DNA of 64,000 nucleotides, taken from contig JBNAVT010000003.1 in assembly GCA_049700215.1 (NCBI GenBank), forward strand, positions 31,047-95,046, given 5' to 3'. Positions within the stretch are counted from its first letter, which is position 1. Each line of letters begins with the position of its first letter. Of the stretch, positions 28,682 to 37,298 are shown piece by piece. The position numbers and the translations under genes were made by a program. The notes under the pieces are model-generated. The model saw only the letters and a list, made by a program, of their open reading frames with translations. It had not been told where the DNA came from and made no database searches. This DNA is from Thermoproteota archaeon. GTDB taxonomy: Archaea; Thermoproteota; EX4484-205; JAAOZP01.

Positions 28682-31500
28682 CCAGTTTCTATTTGAACGA
28701 GATGAAGCTCGACTCCTTGAACCGTCATAACTAGGACGCCGATGTTTATCATTTCCCTATCCCCGGTTTTCTCAACCCAGATGTTTACTGTTTTCAAGCC
28801 ATGCTGCCTGCAGAAGTCAACCAGTTTGGCCAGCGTTGAGTTAGCCGTGCTCTGAAAATCTCCAGCCTTAACGTATCCAATCCTGTAGATAACGTTGGCA
28901 GAAACACTGACCGGCTCAGCTACGTACAGCCCATTCGCAACGAGGAATGCTCTAACCTGTTGGAGGTAATCCGGTTTAACAGTAATGTTCGCAGAAACTG
29001 TTGAAACATATGCTGCAAAGGTTGATCTTGAAACCTCAACCCAGTCATCAACGTTTCCAACCTGGTAGATGCCTATTTTGCTTGTTTGAGGATTATAAAC
29101 CACAACCATGGTGACGTAGGCGACTTGGGCGCTTATCGAGTAGAACGGGAGTATGAATACCGGCGTGTTATTCACCAGTTGAACCATCAGGTTGCCTTCA
29201 ACCCACGAGACTCCGCGCGTCTGGTGCAGCGTCAATATTTGTTGAACAGTAGGATGGTGAAGAATGCTGTCCATTATCGCACTAAGCCGTGGAACCCTGT
29301 TTGGAAACAGTATAAACTCCTTACTGTCAGGGGTAAAAACATACGCGCCAACAATGTTCACGGAAGCCCCAGGGTTCTGCTGATAATTCTCAACTATGCA
29401 CAGGGCTACGTATTGGCCTCCCAGTGAAACATACCTTATGTCGAAAACGCTTTGCGAATATAATTCTCCACTAGGGTCCCTCGGGTAATCTAGCATACCC
29501 GTACTCCTATACCAAGAATCGTAATCCGTGCTTGAAACCCTGTAAGTATTATATATATCTATTATGCTCCACATAAGGTTCTTAACATACCTCACCTGCG
29601 GCTTAAGCCAGGATGGTATTGGCTTAACCCAAGACGGGTAGAGGGATTTAAGCGCGTTGACAACATAGTTATCGCTTTTCAAAGACTCGTCAAACATGTA
29701 GCCTTGAATACTGCCGTCTGCAACGTTAACCAGGATGATGGAGAAAAGCCTTCTAAAACAGCCCCCGTTTTCGACGCCATACTTCTCTGTGTCAGCGTAC
29801 TCAGTGTAAACAGGTTTCTCAATGAAGGTTGAGAAAGCGAGGTAAAGATTCCCCTCTGGGTCTACAACCGGGTAGGGTGACGGTATACCCGTCCTAGGAT
29901 CGGTTTCAAGGATTAGAAGCGGTGCTTTTATCGCTGAAACCCTTTTGTAAGCATCTCTCGTGATCAAGGCGTTTAAAGTATCCCCATAGCCTCCGGAGGC
30001 TATGTCAAGCCTTCCTTTAAGAAGGAAGTAGGCTGCGCGAACCCACCCTGAGAACACATAGTCAGGCGGACCAGTGTAGTTCACCGTCCCGGCTTCCCTC
30101 CACTTGCCCGTGTTGACGAACACGATCTCCCTTTCTCTGAAAAGCCCTCCCAGACCGTAATAAACCGGCGGGGCATCAACCATCCCGAGGGCTTGGCTTA
30201 ATGGGACTGTCCTTCCAGTCGTAGCGTCGAAAGCTAGAATAACCTCGCTGTGAGTATATATGAATGATTCAGCAGTCTCAACGTCAGTCGCCTCCACCAT
30301 CACGGGGGCTGTGAAGACAACCCAGTACAAGCGGCCGTCTTTGAAAAATATCATTGAGGGCTCGCTCCCAGTAATCCACGGTATCCCTCTTCTCGAGAGC
30401 TCATAGCTGGTTCTTGACGATATGAAGTCGTGACTAGTCAGCCTAACCTTCTCAAGGTCGCTTAGGCTACCCGAGCATTCGACTGTTTCAGAAACATCGT
30501 TTAAACCGTTAAGAAGCTTTACGAGCTCTACGTGCGGCTTAATCCTCGGGTTGAACTCGTAGGAAACCTTGTTAGCATCCCATCCTCCAACAGTCCTGTA
30601 GTATGCTTGCGGCAACGCGTAGCCTAGCAGAACCACAACTATCGCTAGGACGACTAGAATATTCTTAACCACGGCTGCTTTCTTAAAGGGCATTGCTTCC
30701 AGGAGGATTTGGAGAATTATCAGGATGAAGGATATGTTTAGGGAAATCCTGAATACTGGGCTCGTCACATCGTAGGTAAAAGCAGGATACCAGAAGAGGA
30801 AGTATCCTATGAAGACGGCGGAAACAATGAATCTGAGGAAGGAGGAAGCGGACCTAGCTAACTCGAACATTACCAAGTCGGTCTGAGGCCACTCCGCAGC
30901 CTTTTTAACATGCAAGAATATGCGTGAAAACTTGGTGACGATCAAGCCTGTGAAAACTATTGCTACGGAAAACACGTAGAGGATTCTCATAAGCATGATG
31001 AAGTCGAAAACCGGCATCGTGCTGTAGAGCTCCTCGCCGGAGAATGAGAGTGGTTCAAAATATACTTTTTCAAGCCACCTGAGATAGGATTGCAGAAAGT
31101 TTTCCGCATTATTCAACAGAAGTGTTTGAACACTTATTTGCGGGCCTACTGAGGAGAAGAATACGAATGATAATAGAACACTGGGCAACAGTATTAAAGC
31201 CGCTGTCTTAAGCCTACGCTTTAAGACAGAGTACCAGAAGAAGGGGTTTAACACCGCTATTCCTATCAGGATTCCGAGGGCAGCGAACAAGTGGCCGTTT
31301 AAAAACATGATGTTAAGATAGCTCACCCCCGATTTCACAACGTACATATTGTCGTAAACACTCATCGTGAAAAGCCAGGCGGAGAAGCCGAGCCAGACTA
31401 GAAAAACCGCCAGCAATACTCCGGCAGCCTTCTTCAAAAGACCGCGGTGATTCACGCCGCTTGAAACCTTTATTTCAGCCATCACGTCTGCTCCATCCAC
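28678..31500 (-). CDS. Large multi-TM membrane protein, UPF0182-like
   Basis: About 9 N-terminal TM helices, then a soluble domain with YTH, VYYG, PYPV, YP, GNL; family call tentative. Confidence 0.65.
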   Translation of the reverse strand: MDGADVMAEIKVSSGVNHRGLLKKAAGVLLAVFLVWLGFSAWLFTMSVYDNMYVVKSGVSYLNIMFLNGHLFAALGILIGIAVLNPFFWYSVLKRRLKTAALILLPSVLLSFVFFSSVGPQISVQTLLLNNAENFLQSYLRWLEKVYFEPLSFSGEELYSTMPVFDFIMLMRILYVFSVAIVFTGLIVTKFSRIFLHVKKAAEWPQTDLVMFELARSASSFLRFIVSAVFIGYFLFWYPAFTYDVTSPVFRISLNISFILIILQILLEAMPFKKAAVVKNILVVLAIVVVLLGYALPQAYYRTVGGWDANKVSYEFNPRIKPHVELVKLLNGLNDVSETVECSGSLSDLEKVRLTSHDFISSRTSYELSRRGIPWITGSEPSMIFFKDGRLYWVVFTAPVMVEATDVETAESFIYTHSEVILAFDATTGRTVPLSQALGMVDAPPVYYGLGGLFREREIVFVNTGKWREAGTVNYTGPPDYVFSGWVRAAYFLLKGRLDIASGGYGDTLNALITRDAYKRVSAIKAPLLILETDPRTGIPSPYPVVDPEGNLYLAFSTFIEKPVYTEYADTEKYGVENGGCFRRLFSIILVNVADGSIQGYMFDESLKSDNYVVNALKSLYPSWVKPIPSWLKPQVRYVKNLMWSIIDIYNTYRVSSTDYDSWYRSTGMLDYPRDPSGELYSQSVFDIRYVSLGGQYVALCIVENYQQNPGASVNIVGAYVFTPDSKEFILFPNRVPRLSAIMDSILHHPTVQQILTLHQTRGVSWVEGNLMVQLVNNTPVFILPFYSISAQVAYVTMVVVYNPQTSKIGIYQVGNVDDWVEVSRSTFAAYVSTVSANITVKPDYLQQVRAFLVANGLYVAEPVSVSANVIYRIGYVKAGDFQSTANSTLAKLVDFCRQHGLKTVNIWVEKTGDREMINIGVLVMTVQGVELHLVQIETG

Positions 31501-31581
31501 TAAGCTTTTAAGCTTATCTTAGAAAAGATGTTTGAGAGCACTTAAGGTTTTTAACCCTCCAACCCAACCATTGTCGCGGCC

Positions 31582-32580
31582 TTGAGCAGAATACTCGGCA
31601 AGGTTCCTCCAAGAATACTGGAAAAGATCGTCTTCTCAAACCTCGGGGCTCCAAGCAGGAGAGTTATTGTCGGCCCAGGCATAGGTGTCGACAACAGCGT
31701 AATATCCTTTAACGGGGTTAAGATAATTGTTTCCAGCGACCCGGTCACAGGGGCTAGGGAGAACCTGGGCAGGATCGGTGTCGACGTTTCAACCAACGAC
31801 GTAGCCCTCACGGGAGTAAAGCCGGAGTTCCTTCTCATCGTGCTCATCCTCCCTCCTAAAGCCAGCCATGAGGAGATCAGGAGGATAATGAGGCAGGCCA
31901 GTGTTGAAGCCAAGCGCCTCGGAGTTACCATAGTGGGGGGCCACACAGAGTACGCGAGCATCGTGGAAAACCCTGTTTTCGTGGGGACGGCAATAGGATG
32001 GACCAGGCGCAGGAGGCTTGTCACTTCGAGCAGCGCTAAAGCCGGTGAAAACATAGTGATGGTTGGGGAGGCCGGTGTCGAGGGAACATCCATTCTCGCA
32101 TCCGACCTTGGGGGGAAGCTGGTGGAGAAAGGGGTTCCCCCGCAAGTCTTGAGGAGAGCAAGAAGGCTTGTTGAAAAACTGAGCATAGTTAAGCCCGCGC
32201 TGGTCTCTGCGGAATATGCTTCGGCGATGCACGACCCTACGGAGGGTGGTGTGCTCGGCGGCATATTCGAAATATGCGAGGCCTCTGGAAAAGGGTGTGT
32301 CGTAAACATAGAGTCCATACCGGTTAGGAGGGAGACTAGGATGATATGCGAGAGGCTTGGGCTAGACCCTCTTAGGCTCGTGAGCTCCGGAACCCTTTTA
32401 GCTACGGTGAGCAGGTCTAAAACACCGAGGCTGTTGAGAAAGCTTCGCGAGAAGGGGTTTAAGGCGCGCGTCATAGGGAGGGTGACGAGAAATAGGAGTG
32501 AAAGGATCGGGCTGCTCGGCGGTAGAGAAATCAGGATAAACGAGCTTCCTCAAGACGAGCTTTGGAAAGCTACCGGCTGA
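31582..32580 (+). CDS. AIR-synthase-related (HypE/ThiL/PurM superfamily) protein
   Basis: GPGIGVD, SSDPVTG, NDVA, GGHTE, AMHDPTEGG, SSGTLL. Confidence 0.88.
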   Translation: MSRILGKVPPRILEKIVFSNLGAPSRRVIVGPGIGVDNSVISFNGVKIIVSSDPVTGARENLGRIGVDVSTNDVALTGVKPEFLLIVLILPPKASHEEIRRIMRQASVEAKRLGVTIVGGHTEYASIVENPVFVGTAIGWTRRRRLVTSSSAKAGENIVMVGEAGVEGTSILASDLGGKLVEKGVPPQVLRRARRLVEKLSIVKPALVSAEYASAMHDPTEGGVLGGIFEICEASGKGCVVNIESIPVRRETRMICERLGLDPLRLVSSGTLLATVSRSKTPRLLRKLREKGFKARVIGRVTRNRSERIGLLGGREIRINELPQDELWKATG

Positions 32581-33298
32581 ACAGCCTTGGCTGACCTATT
32601 CTCCTCCCTACCGCGTTGCAAAGCGGCACAGCTATAAGTGTCCCGAGGAAGGTTTGGGCAAAGTTTGCAGGCACCTCGAATATTGCTCCCAACTGATATA
32701 GGAAAAGCTCGTAGAGGAAGTATCCTAGAACCATTTCGAAGCCCCCTATGAAGCAAGGCACTATTAACAGCAGGTTCTCCCTGTAGACTCTTAAGATAAA
32801 GATCAGCGAAGCCGCTAGAACAATAAGGATTGAGAAGAGAATAGGCTGATATGCTACTGTGGCAGAGTATACTGTAAGCAGCGAAACCTCAGCCTCTCCC
32901 GAGAAAAGAACTATGACTAGTACTATTCCGAGAACCACTGTGGGAACCGGTAGGAAAACCATCAGGAGGCGAGTGGCACGGGACTCCCTCCGCGCGAAAA
33001 CATCGTGGAGGAAGCCGGTTAACAGGCCTTCAACGCCTTTAATGACAAGTGTTGCGGGAGCATACACGGTATAGCCTAGGAACAGGTCGCTCAGCATGGA
33101 TCCTAATCCGCCTGCGACACACCCTACAAAGGGGCCGAATAATAAGGCGGTTAGGAAAATCATGGAGTCGCCCAGGTTAAAGTATCCCCTGGTTGCCGGG
33201 ATGTAGATTGAGATGGATGCTGTCGCCACGAAGACTAGCGCGGTGGACATGGCTGTTGAAGAGACAAGCCTAGCCTTTGAAACGTTTTGACTTAGCAT
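32570..33298 (-). CDS. ECF transporter S component
   Basis: TALVFVAT, GYFNLGDSMI, GSMLSDL, APATLVIKG. Confidence 0.9.
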   Translation of the reverse strand: MLSQNVSKARLVSSTAMSTALVFVATASISIYIPATRGYFNLGDSMIFLTALLFGPFVGCVAGGLGSMLSDLFLGYTVYAPATLVIKGVEGLLTGFLHDVFARRESRATRLLMVFLPVPTVVLGIVLVIVLFSGEAEVSLLTVYSATVAYQPILFSILIVLAASLIFILRVYRENLLLIVPCFIGGFEMVLGYFLYELFLYQLGAIFEVPANFAQTFLGTLIAVPLCNAVGRRIGQPRLFSR

Positions 33299-33373
33299 GT
33301 GGAGGAGGATAAGCCCGCTGAATAAAACACTTGCCTTATATTAAGGCCTATAGTAAGATGATGCCTGCTGGTT

Positions 33374-34195
33374 CTACTGTTTCGAAAACAGTTTAAACAG
33401 GTAGCTTGCTGAAAACAGGATTATTGAGGCTAAGGCTATCGATCCGCTCGTCGGGATGTCCAAAAGCAGCGATGCCACGACGCCTCCAAGCCCAGATAGG
33501 ACTGCCACCGTGAAGGACACTGTCAGCATCATGCTTACGCGGCGCACCAGCAGCCTTGAGACTGCTGCCGGGATTACGAGAAGCGTGACGGAGAGCAGAA
33601 TACCCATAGTTCTCGCCACGACAGCGACGGTTAACGCGGAAACGGTGAAAAGCAGGGAGTCGTACAGCCCAGTTTTAAGCCCGAATGATTCAGCGGTCTC
33701 CATGTCGAAGCAAATGTAGATAAACTCCCTGTAGAATATTGCGGCGGCGACGAGTGCAACGGTTGACGCAACCGCTAGGCTGAGCACATCCATGTCCGAC
33801 AGGAGTAGAGGGTCGCTCAACAGATAACTGTCCACCACCATCCTTCTCTCCATCGGCAGGTAGCTTCTTATAATAGCGTAGAGCATTACGCTTACAGCTA
33901 GGGAAACGCTGAGCATCATGCCCAGGGCTTGCTGACTGCTCTTGCCAACGCGGGAAACGAATATGGATGTTGCCACGCAGAATATTATTGCGAATACAAA
34001 CGGGTCCGCCACCCCCGGTAGGAAAGCCTGGATTAAAACTCCCACGGCTGCACCGCCCAACGCGGCGTGCGAAACCTCAGGGGTGACGTAGAGAGCTCCT
34101 CTTAAAAGCATTATTACTGAAACGGGTGCTGAGAAGGCGGCGAAAAGAACTCCGAGGATCGCTCTTAAAACAAACGGGTCAAGCATGCTTATCAC
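33374..34195 (-). CDS. Mn/Zn ABC transporter permease
   Basis: SHAALGG, FDMETA, GILL, IPAA, PTSGSI. Confidence 0.9.
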   Translation of the reverse strand: MISMLDPFVLRAILGVLFAAFSAPVSVIMLLRGALYVTPEVSHAALGGAAVGVLIQAFLPGVADPFVFAIIFCVATSIFVSRVGKSSQQALGMMLSVSLAVSVMLYAIIRSYLPMERRMVVDSYLLSDPLLLSDMDVLSLAVASTVALVAAAIFYREFIYICFDMETAESFGLKTGLYDSLLFTVSALTVAVVARTMGILLSVTLLVIPAAVSRLLVRRVSMMLTVSFTVAVLSGLGGVVASLLLDIPTSGSIALASIILFSASYLFKLFSKQ

Positions 34196-34958
34196 CTAGG
34201 ATGAAGACCCTCCGGCCCTCTCTTTCAACAGTCCTTAAACAAGGATAGATCGGCTTCAGCTTGTCCTCGCTTAAAACCTCGCTCGGATCCCCGTAAACGC
34301 AGACAACCCTGTTCAAAACGAGGATCCTGTCAGTAAGCTCCATTATAGGGTCGACCTCATGCTCAACGATGACTATGGTTCTCCCCCTTCCCCTCAATGT
34401 TTTGAAAACGTTAATCAGGTACTCCTGGCTCTCGGAATCCAGCCCGGCGAACACCTCGTCCAGCAGCAGGAGCAACGGGTCGGATGCGAGTGCTCTCGCT
34501 ATCAGAACCCTCCTCTGCTGCCCCCCGCTGAGCTCGTTGAAAAAAGACTCCCAGTGCTCCTCCATGCCTACATGTGTTAAAGCCCTTCTCGCGGACTCAA
34601 CATCATCCTTGGAGACAACCCTGGGAAAACTCTTCCTTAAAACTATCCCCATCAATACAACCTCGCTCACTCTCAACGGGGTCTCGTAGGAAACCTTATC
34701 CTTCTGCGGGACATAGCCCACTAGCCCCCTGAGCCTACCGTGCTCGGTGAACGGGTTCAGCCCGAGTACTTTAACGCTGCCCTTGAAAGGCCTAACCATG
34801 CCGAGGAGAAGCCTTAAAAGCGTGGTCTTACCAGCCCCGTTCGGCCCGACTACGGTTATGAACGACGGCGACTCAACATTGAAGCTAACATCCTCCAACA
34901 CTATGTTGCTACCAAGCCTCACCGAAACGTTTTCAACAGATATCACTGGAATACTCAT
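34179..34958 (-). CDS. Mn/Zn ABC transporter ATP-binding protein
   Basis: GPNGAGKT, GYVPQ, LSGGQQRRVLIARAL, LLLDE. Confidence 0.93.
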   Translation of the reverse strand: MSIPVISVENVSVRLGSNIVLEDVSFNVESPSFITVVGPNGAGKTTLLRLLLGMVRPFKGSVKVLGLNPFTEHGRLRGLVGYVPQKDKVSYETPLRVSEVVLMGIVLRKSFPRVVSKDDVESARRALTHVGMEEHWESFFNELSGGQQRRVLIARALASDPLLLLLDEVFAGLDSESQEYLINVFKTLRGRGRTIVIVEHEVDPIMELTDRILVLNRVVCVYGDPSEVLSEDKLKPIYPCLRTVEREGRRVFILGDKHA

Positions 34959-35980
34959 GCTTTACCCCTCCTAACCAGGGTTATTGTTTCAAGCGCGATC
35001 ACCAGTAGCGCCGCAAGCGTCGTCAGAAGGTAAATGTTGAACCCGCTTGAAATGGGCCCGCGCCCGGATGAGAGTGCACTATAAACCTGTCCGGCGTTAT
35101 AATACATGATTGAATCATAGTTCTCAATACCGTTGGTTGAGACGACAGAAACATACGCTATGGAGCAACCGGTTTCCCTAGAGATCTGTTGAAGAGCATC
35201 TTGGACACTGCCCATCAAAAGAGCAGTGTCAGAAATAACTATACACGCGTATTCCCCGGATTTAAATCCCTCGTAGACCCTGCTTAGAGACTCGGGTTTC
35301 ACAACCCCCTCCTCGCCGACTAGAACCGCACCAACCCTTAGACCCATTGCTTCGACAACATACTGCTCAGCGTAGAAGCCTATGACTACTTTTCTTCCCG
35401 AGGAGGCATACTTCGCAGAAAGCCTGGTTAAAAAAGCCTTGAAGCTGGAAACCCTTGATTGGAAAACAAGGTAGTTAAACAAGAACTCTTCAGAGTGCTC
35501 TGGCCTAATTGTTGAAAGCCTATCCTTTAAAGCACTGGCAATGAGTATAGCATTATCAGGCATCAGCCAGAAGCCGTGGATATTTCTCTCACCCTCCAAC
35601 TCGAGTAATGTGCCGTTACCTCGTATTAAGTCAAGCAGGTTTACGGATATTGAATCAGGCCTAACCCCCTTCTCCTCCGCGACCCGGTTAACGAGATCAG
35701 CCTCCCACTCCATGTGGCCGGTTATAACGATAAGATCAGCGTTGGAAGCGTTTTTCACAACACTTGGGGTGAGCGTGAAGCCATGGGGCTCAACATCGCC
35801 TGGAACAATCGAATAGACTTCCCCCGCGCTGCCCGTTACAGAGGAGACGATGGGCCTCAGAATATCCATCGTGACGAGAATCTTAACCCTCCTTTCCTCA
35901 ATAGCGCCAGTAGATACGGTTAGAAACGCTGAGAAAACAGTTGCAAGAAGCATGATTCCACCCGTTCTCCTCAGCAACAC
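34955..35980 (-). CDS. Mn/Zn ABC transporter substrate-binding protein (TroA/ZnuA-like) with a C-terminal TM anchor
   Basis: Signal peptide, EPHGFTLTP, NIHGFWLMP. Confidence 0.88.
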   Translation of the reverse strand: MLLRRTGGIMLLATVFSAFLTVSTGAIEERRVKILVTMDILRPIVSSVTGSAGEVYSIVPGDVEPHGFTLTPSVVKNASNADLIVITGHMEWEADLVNRVAEEKGVRPDSISVNLLDLIRGNGTLLELEGERNIHGFWLMPDNAILIASALKDRLSTIRPEHSEEFLFNYLVFQSRVSSFKAFLTRLSAKYASSGRKVVIGFYAEQYVVEAMGLRVGAVLVGEEGVVKPESLSRVYEGFKSGEYACIVISDTALLMGSVQDALQQISRETGCSIAYVSVVSTNGIENYDSIMYYNAGQVYSALSSGRGPISSGFNIYLLTTLAALLVIALETITLVRRGKA

Positions 35981-36408
35981 GACCTGCCTCCAGGAATATG
36001 GTTCCTATGGGGGCAGGTCTTAGGATGCCCCAGGGCGCTGCACATGGAGTCAACAATCTTCTCCGAAAGATACTGCTCAACCATGCTCGCGCATTCGCAA
36101 GCATCCTCAAGACCAACTGAGAGAAACCTGTACACATAGGTCTCGAAAATCCTGTGATTCCGGATTATCCTGTTTACCTCCTCCAACCCTTTTTTCGAAA
36201 GCACTACTCCCCTCCAACGATACCTTTTAAGCATACCTTTTTCCTCAAGCCTTTCAAGATACTCGCTTGCAGTCGCGCATGAAACACCCATCTCATCAGC
36301 CACCTCAAGGCTTCCAACCATATCTCTTCCCGGAAGCAGCTTGAAAACAGTCTTAAGATACTCAACCTCCTTACCAGTCAGACTCCTTGAAGCCTCCGAT
36401 TTAGGCAC
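35971..36408 (-). CDS. DtxR/MntR-family metal-dependent regulator
   Basis: EYLKTVF, HTH, RNHRIFETY, LGHPKTCPH. Confidence 0.92.
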   Translation of the reverse strand: MPKSEASRSLTGKEVEYLKTVFKLLPGRDMVGSLEVADEMGVSCATASEYLERLEEKGMLKRYRWRGVVLSKKGLEEVNRIIRNHRIFETYVYRFLSVGLEDACECASMVEQYLSEKIVDSMCSALGHPKTCPHRNHIPGGRSCC

Positions 36409-36434
36409 AACCTAATTTAGGATGATACTAAATT
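36399..36434. promoter_or_regulatory. Tandem DtxR/MntR-type operators overlapping the start codon and TATA box
   Basis: TTAGG-cacaa-CCTAA (36401-36415) and AATTTAG-gatgata-CTAAATT (36414-36434); minus-strand AAAAGCTTAAAT adjacent. Confidence 0.8.
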
Positions 36435-36745
36435 TAAGCTTTTCGCGAACCGCGTTAACGCACTAAGAGCATCGCGCGCTTGCCACGTTAATTACTGGCT
36501 GAAATGCCTGGGTGAAGCCTAGAAATACGGTGACTGCTTCAAATCCGGCTTACCGGGCTCCGACGTGCATTATCGTTCGAAACCTGATCCACCTCAAGGC
36601 AGGTGGATTTAGCTCGCGCTGCATGCAGAATTTATAGATTGCATGTGAAAGCGGGATTAAGCTCAGGGGAAAAGTGTTGCATGGAAGGAAACAACATAAT
36701 CCCTACTAAACCCTTTATTCGAGAAAAAAGAGTAGAATCTTAAAA

Positions 36746-36850
36746 CTACTTCTTCTTAGGCTTGCAACCCTTTACGTGTTTATCCAACTCATCCTTGGTC
36801 TTGAAAGTAGCTCCGCAGTTGGGACATTTGAACTCTTGAGGTGCTGACAT
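36746..36850 (-). CDS. 34-aa single C2HC zinc-finger microprotein
   Basis: MSAPQEFKCPNCGATFKTKDELDKHVKGCKPKKK (CxxC-x12-H-x3-C); RBS GGAGGTGA at 36856-36863; TTTAAATA TATA upstream; too short for the ORF track. Confidence 0.85.
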   Translation of the reverse strand: MSAPQEFKCPNCGATFKTKDELDKHVKGCKPKKK

Positions 36851-37298
36851 GTTTTTCACCTCCAATAGAAGCGTTGCTTAAATTAATATTTAAAGTTTTC
36901 TATTAAAGAGCTACGCATTTCTCCGAGGAAAAAGACATCGCATAGTAAAAAGAGAAGCTCTTAAAAATCATAACTAGAAAAAGACGGAGAATGCCGAGAG
37001 CATCCTAAAGTTATAAAATCGAGGTTAAAGAAGAAGTTTACAAGTCGGCGGCGCATACGCCGGTGCGCTCCGCCGCTTTATTGATAGGAGAGACATGTAG
37101 AAAGCCCATTAGGAGGAGCTTCGACAGTTAGAAGCAGATACATCCATATAATCCGGATTTTGGGCTCACATACCCCCGGTTTAATGAAATTGGTAAAAGC
37201 ATCGAAAAAGAAGCAGAATATTGAAAAATGTCCCTTTTCAGGCGAGAAAACGCGTAGCGCGCGGAAGAGCCGAGTAGGGATGAAGCTATTCTTTCAGC

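Noticed and set aside
31551-32474. 307-aa minus-strand ORF
   Set aside because: Antisense shadow of the AIR-synthase-related gene; Ser/Thr/Pro-rich with no motifs.
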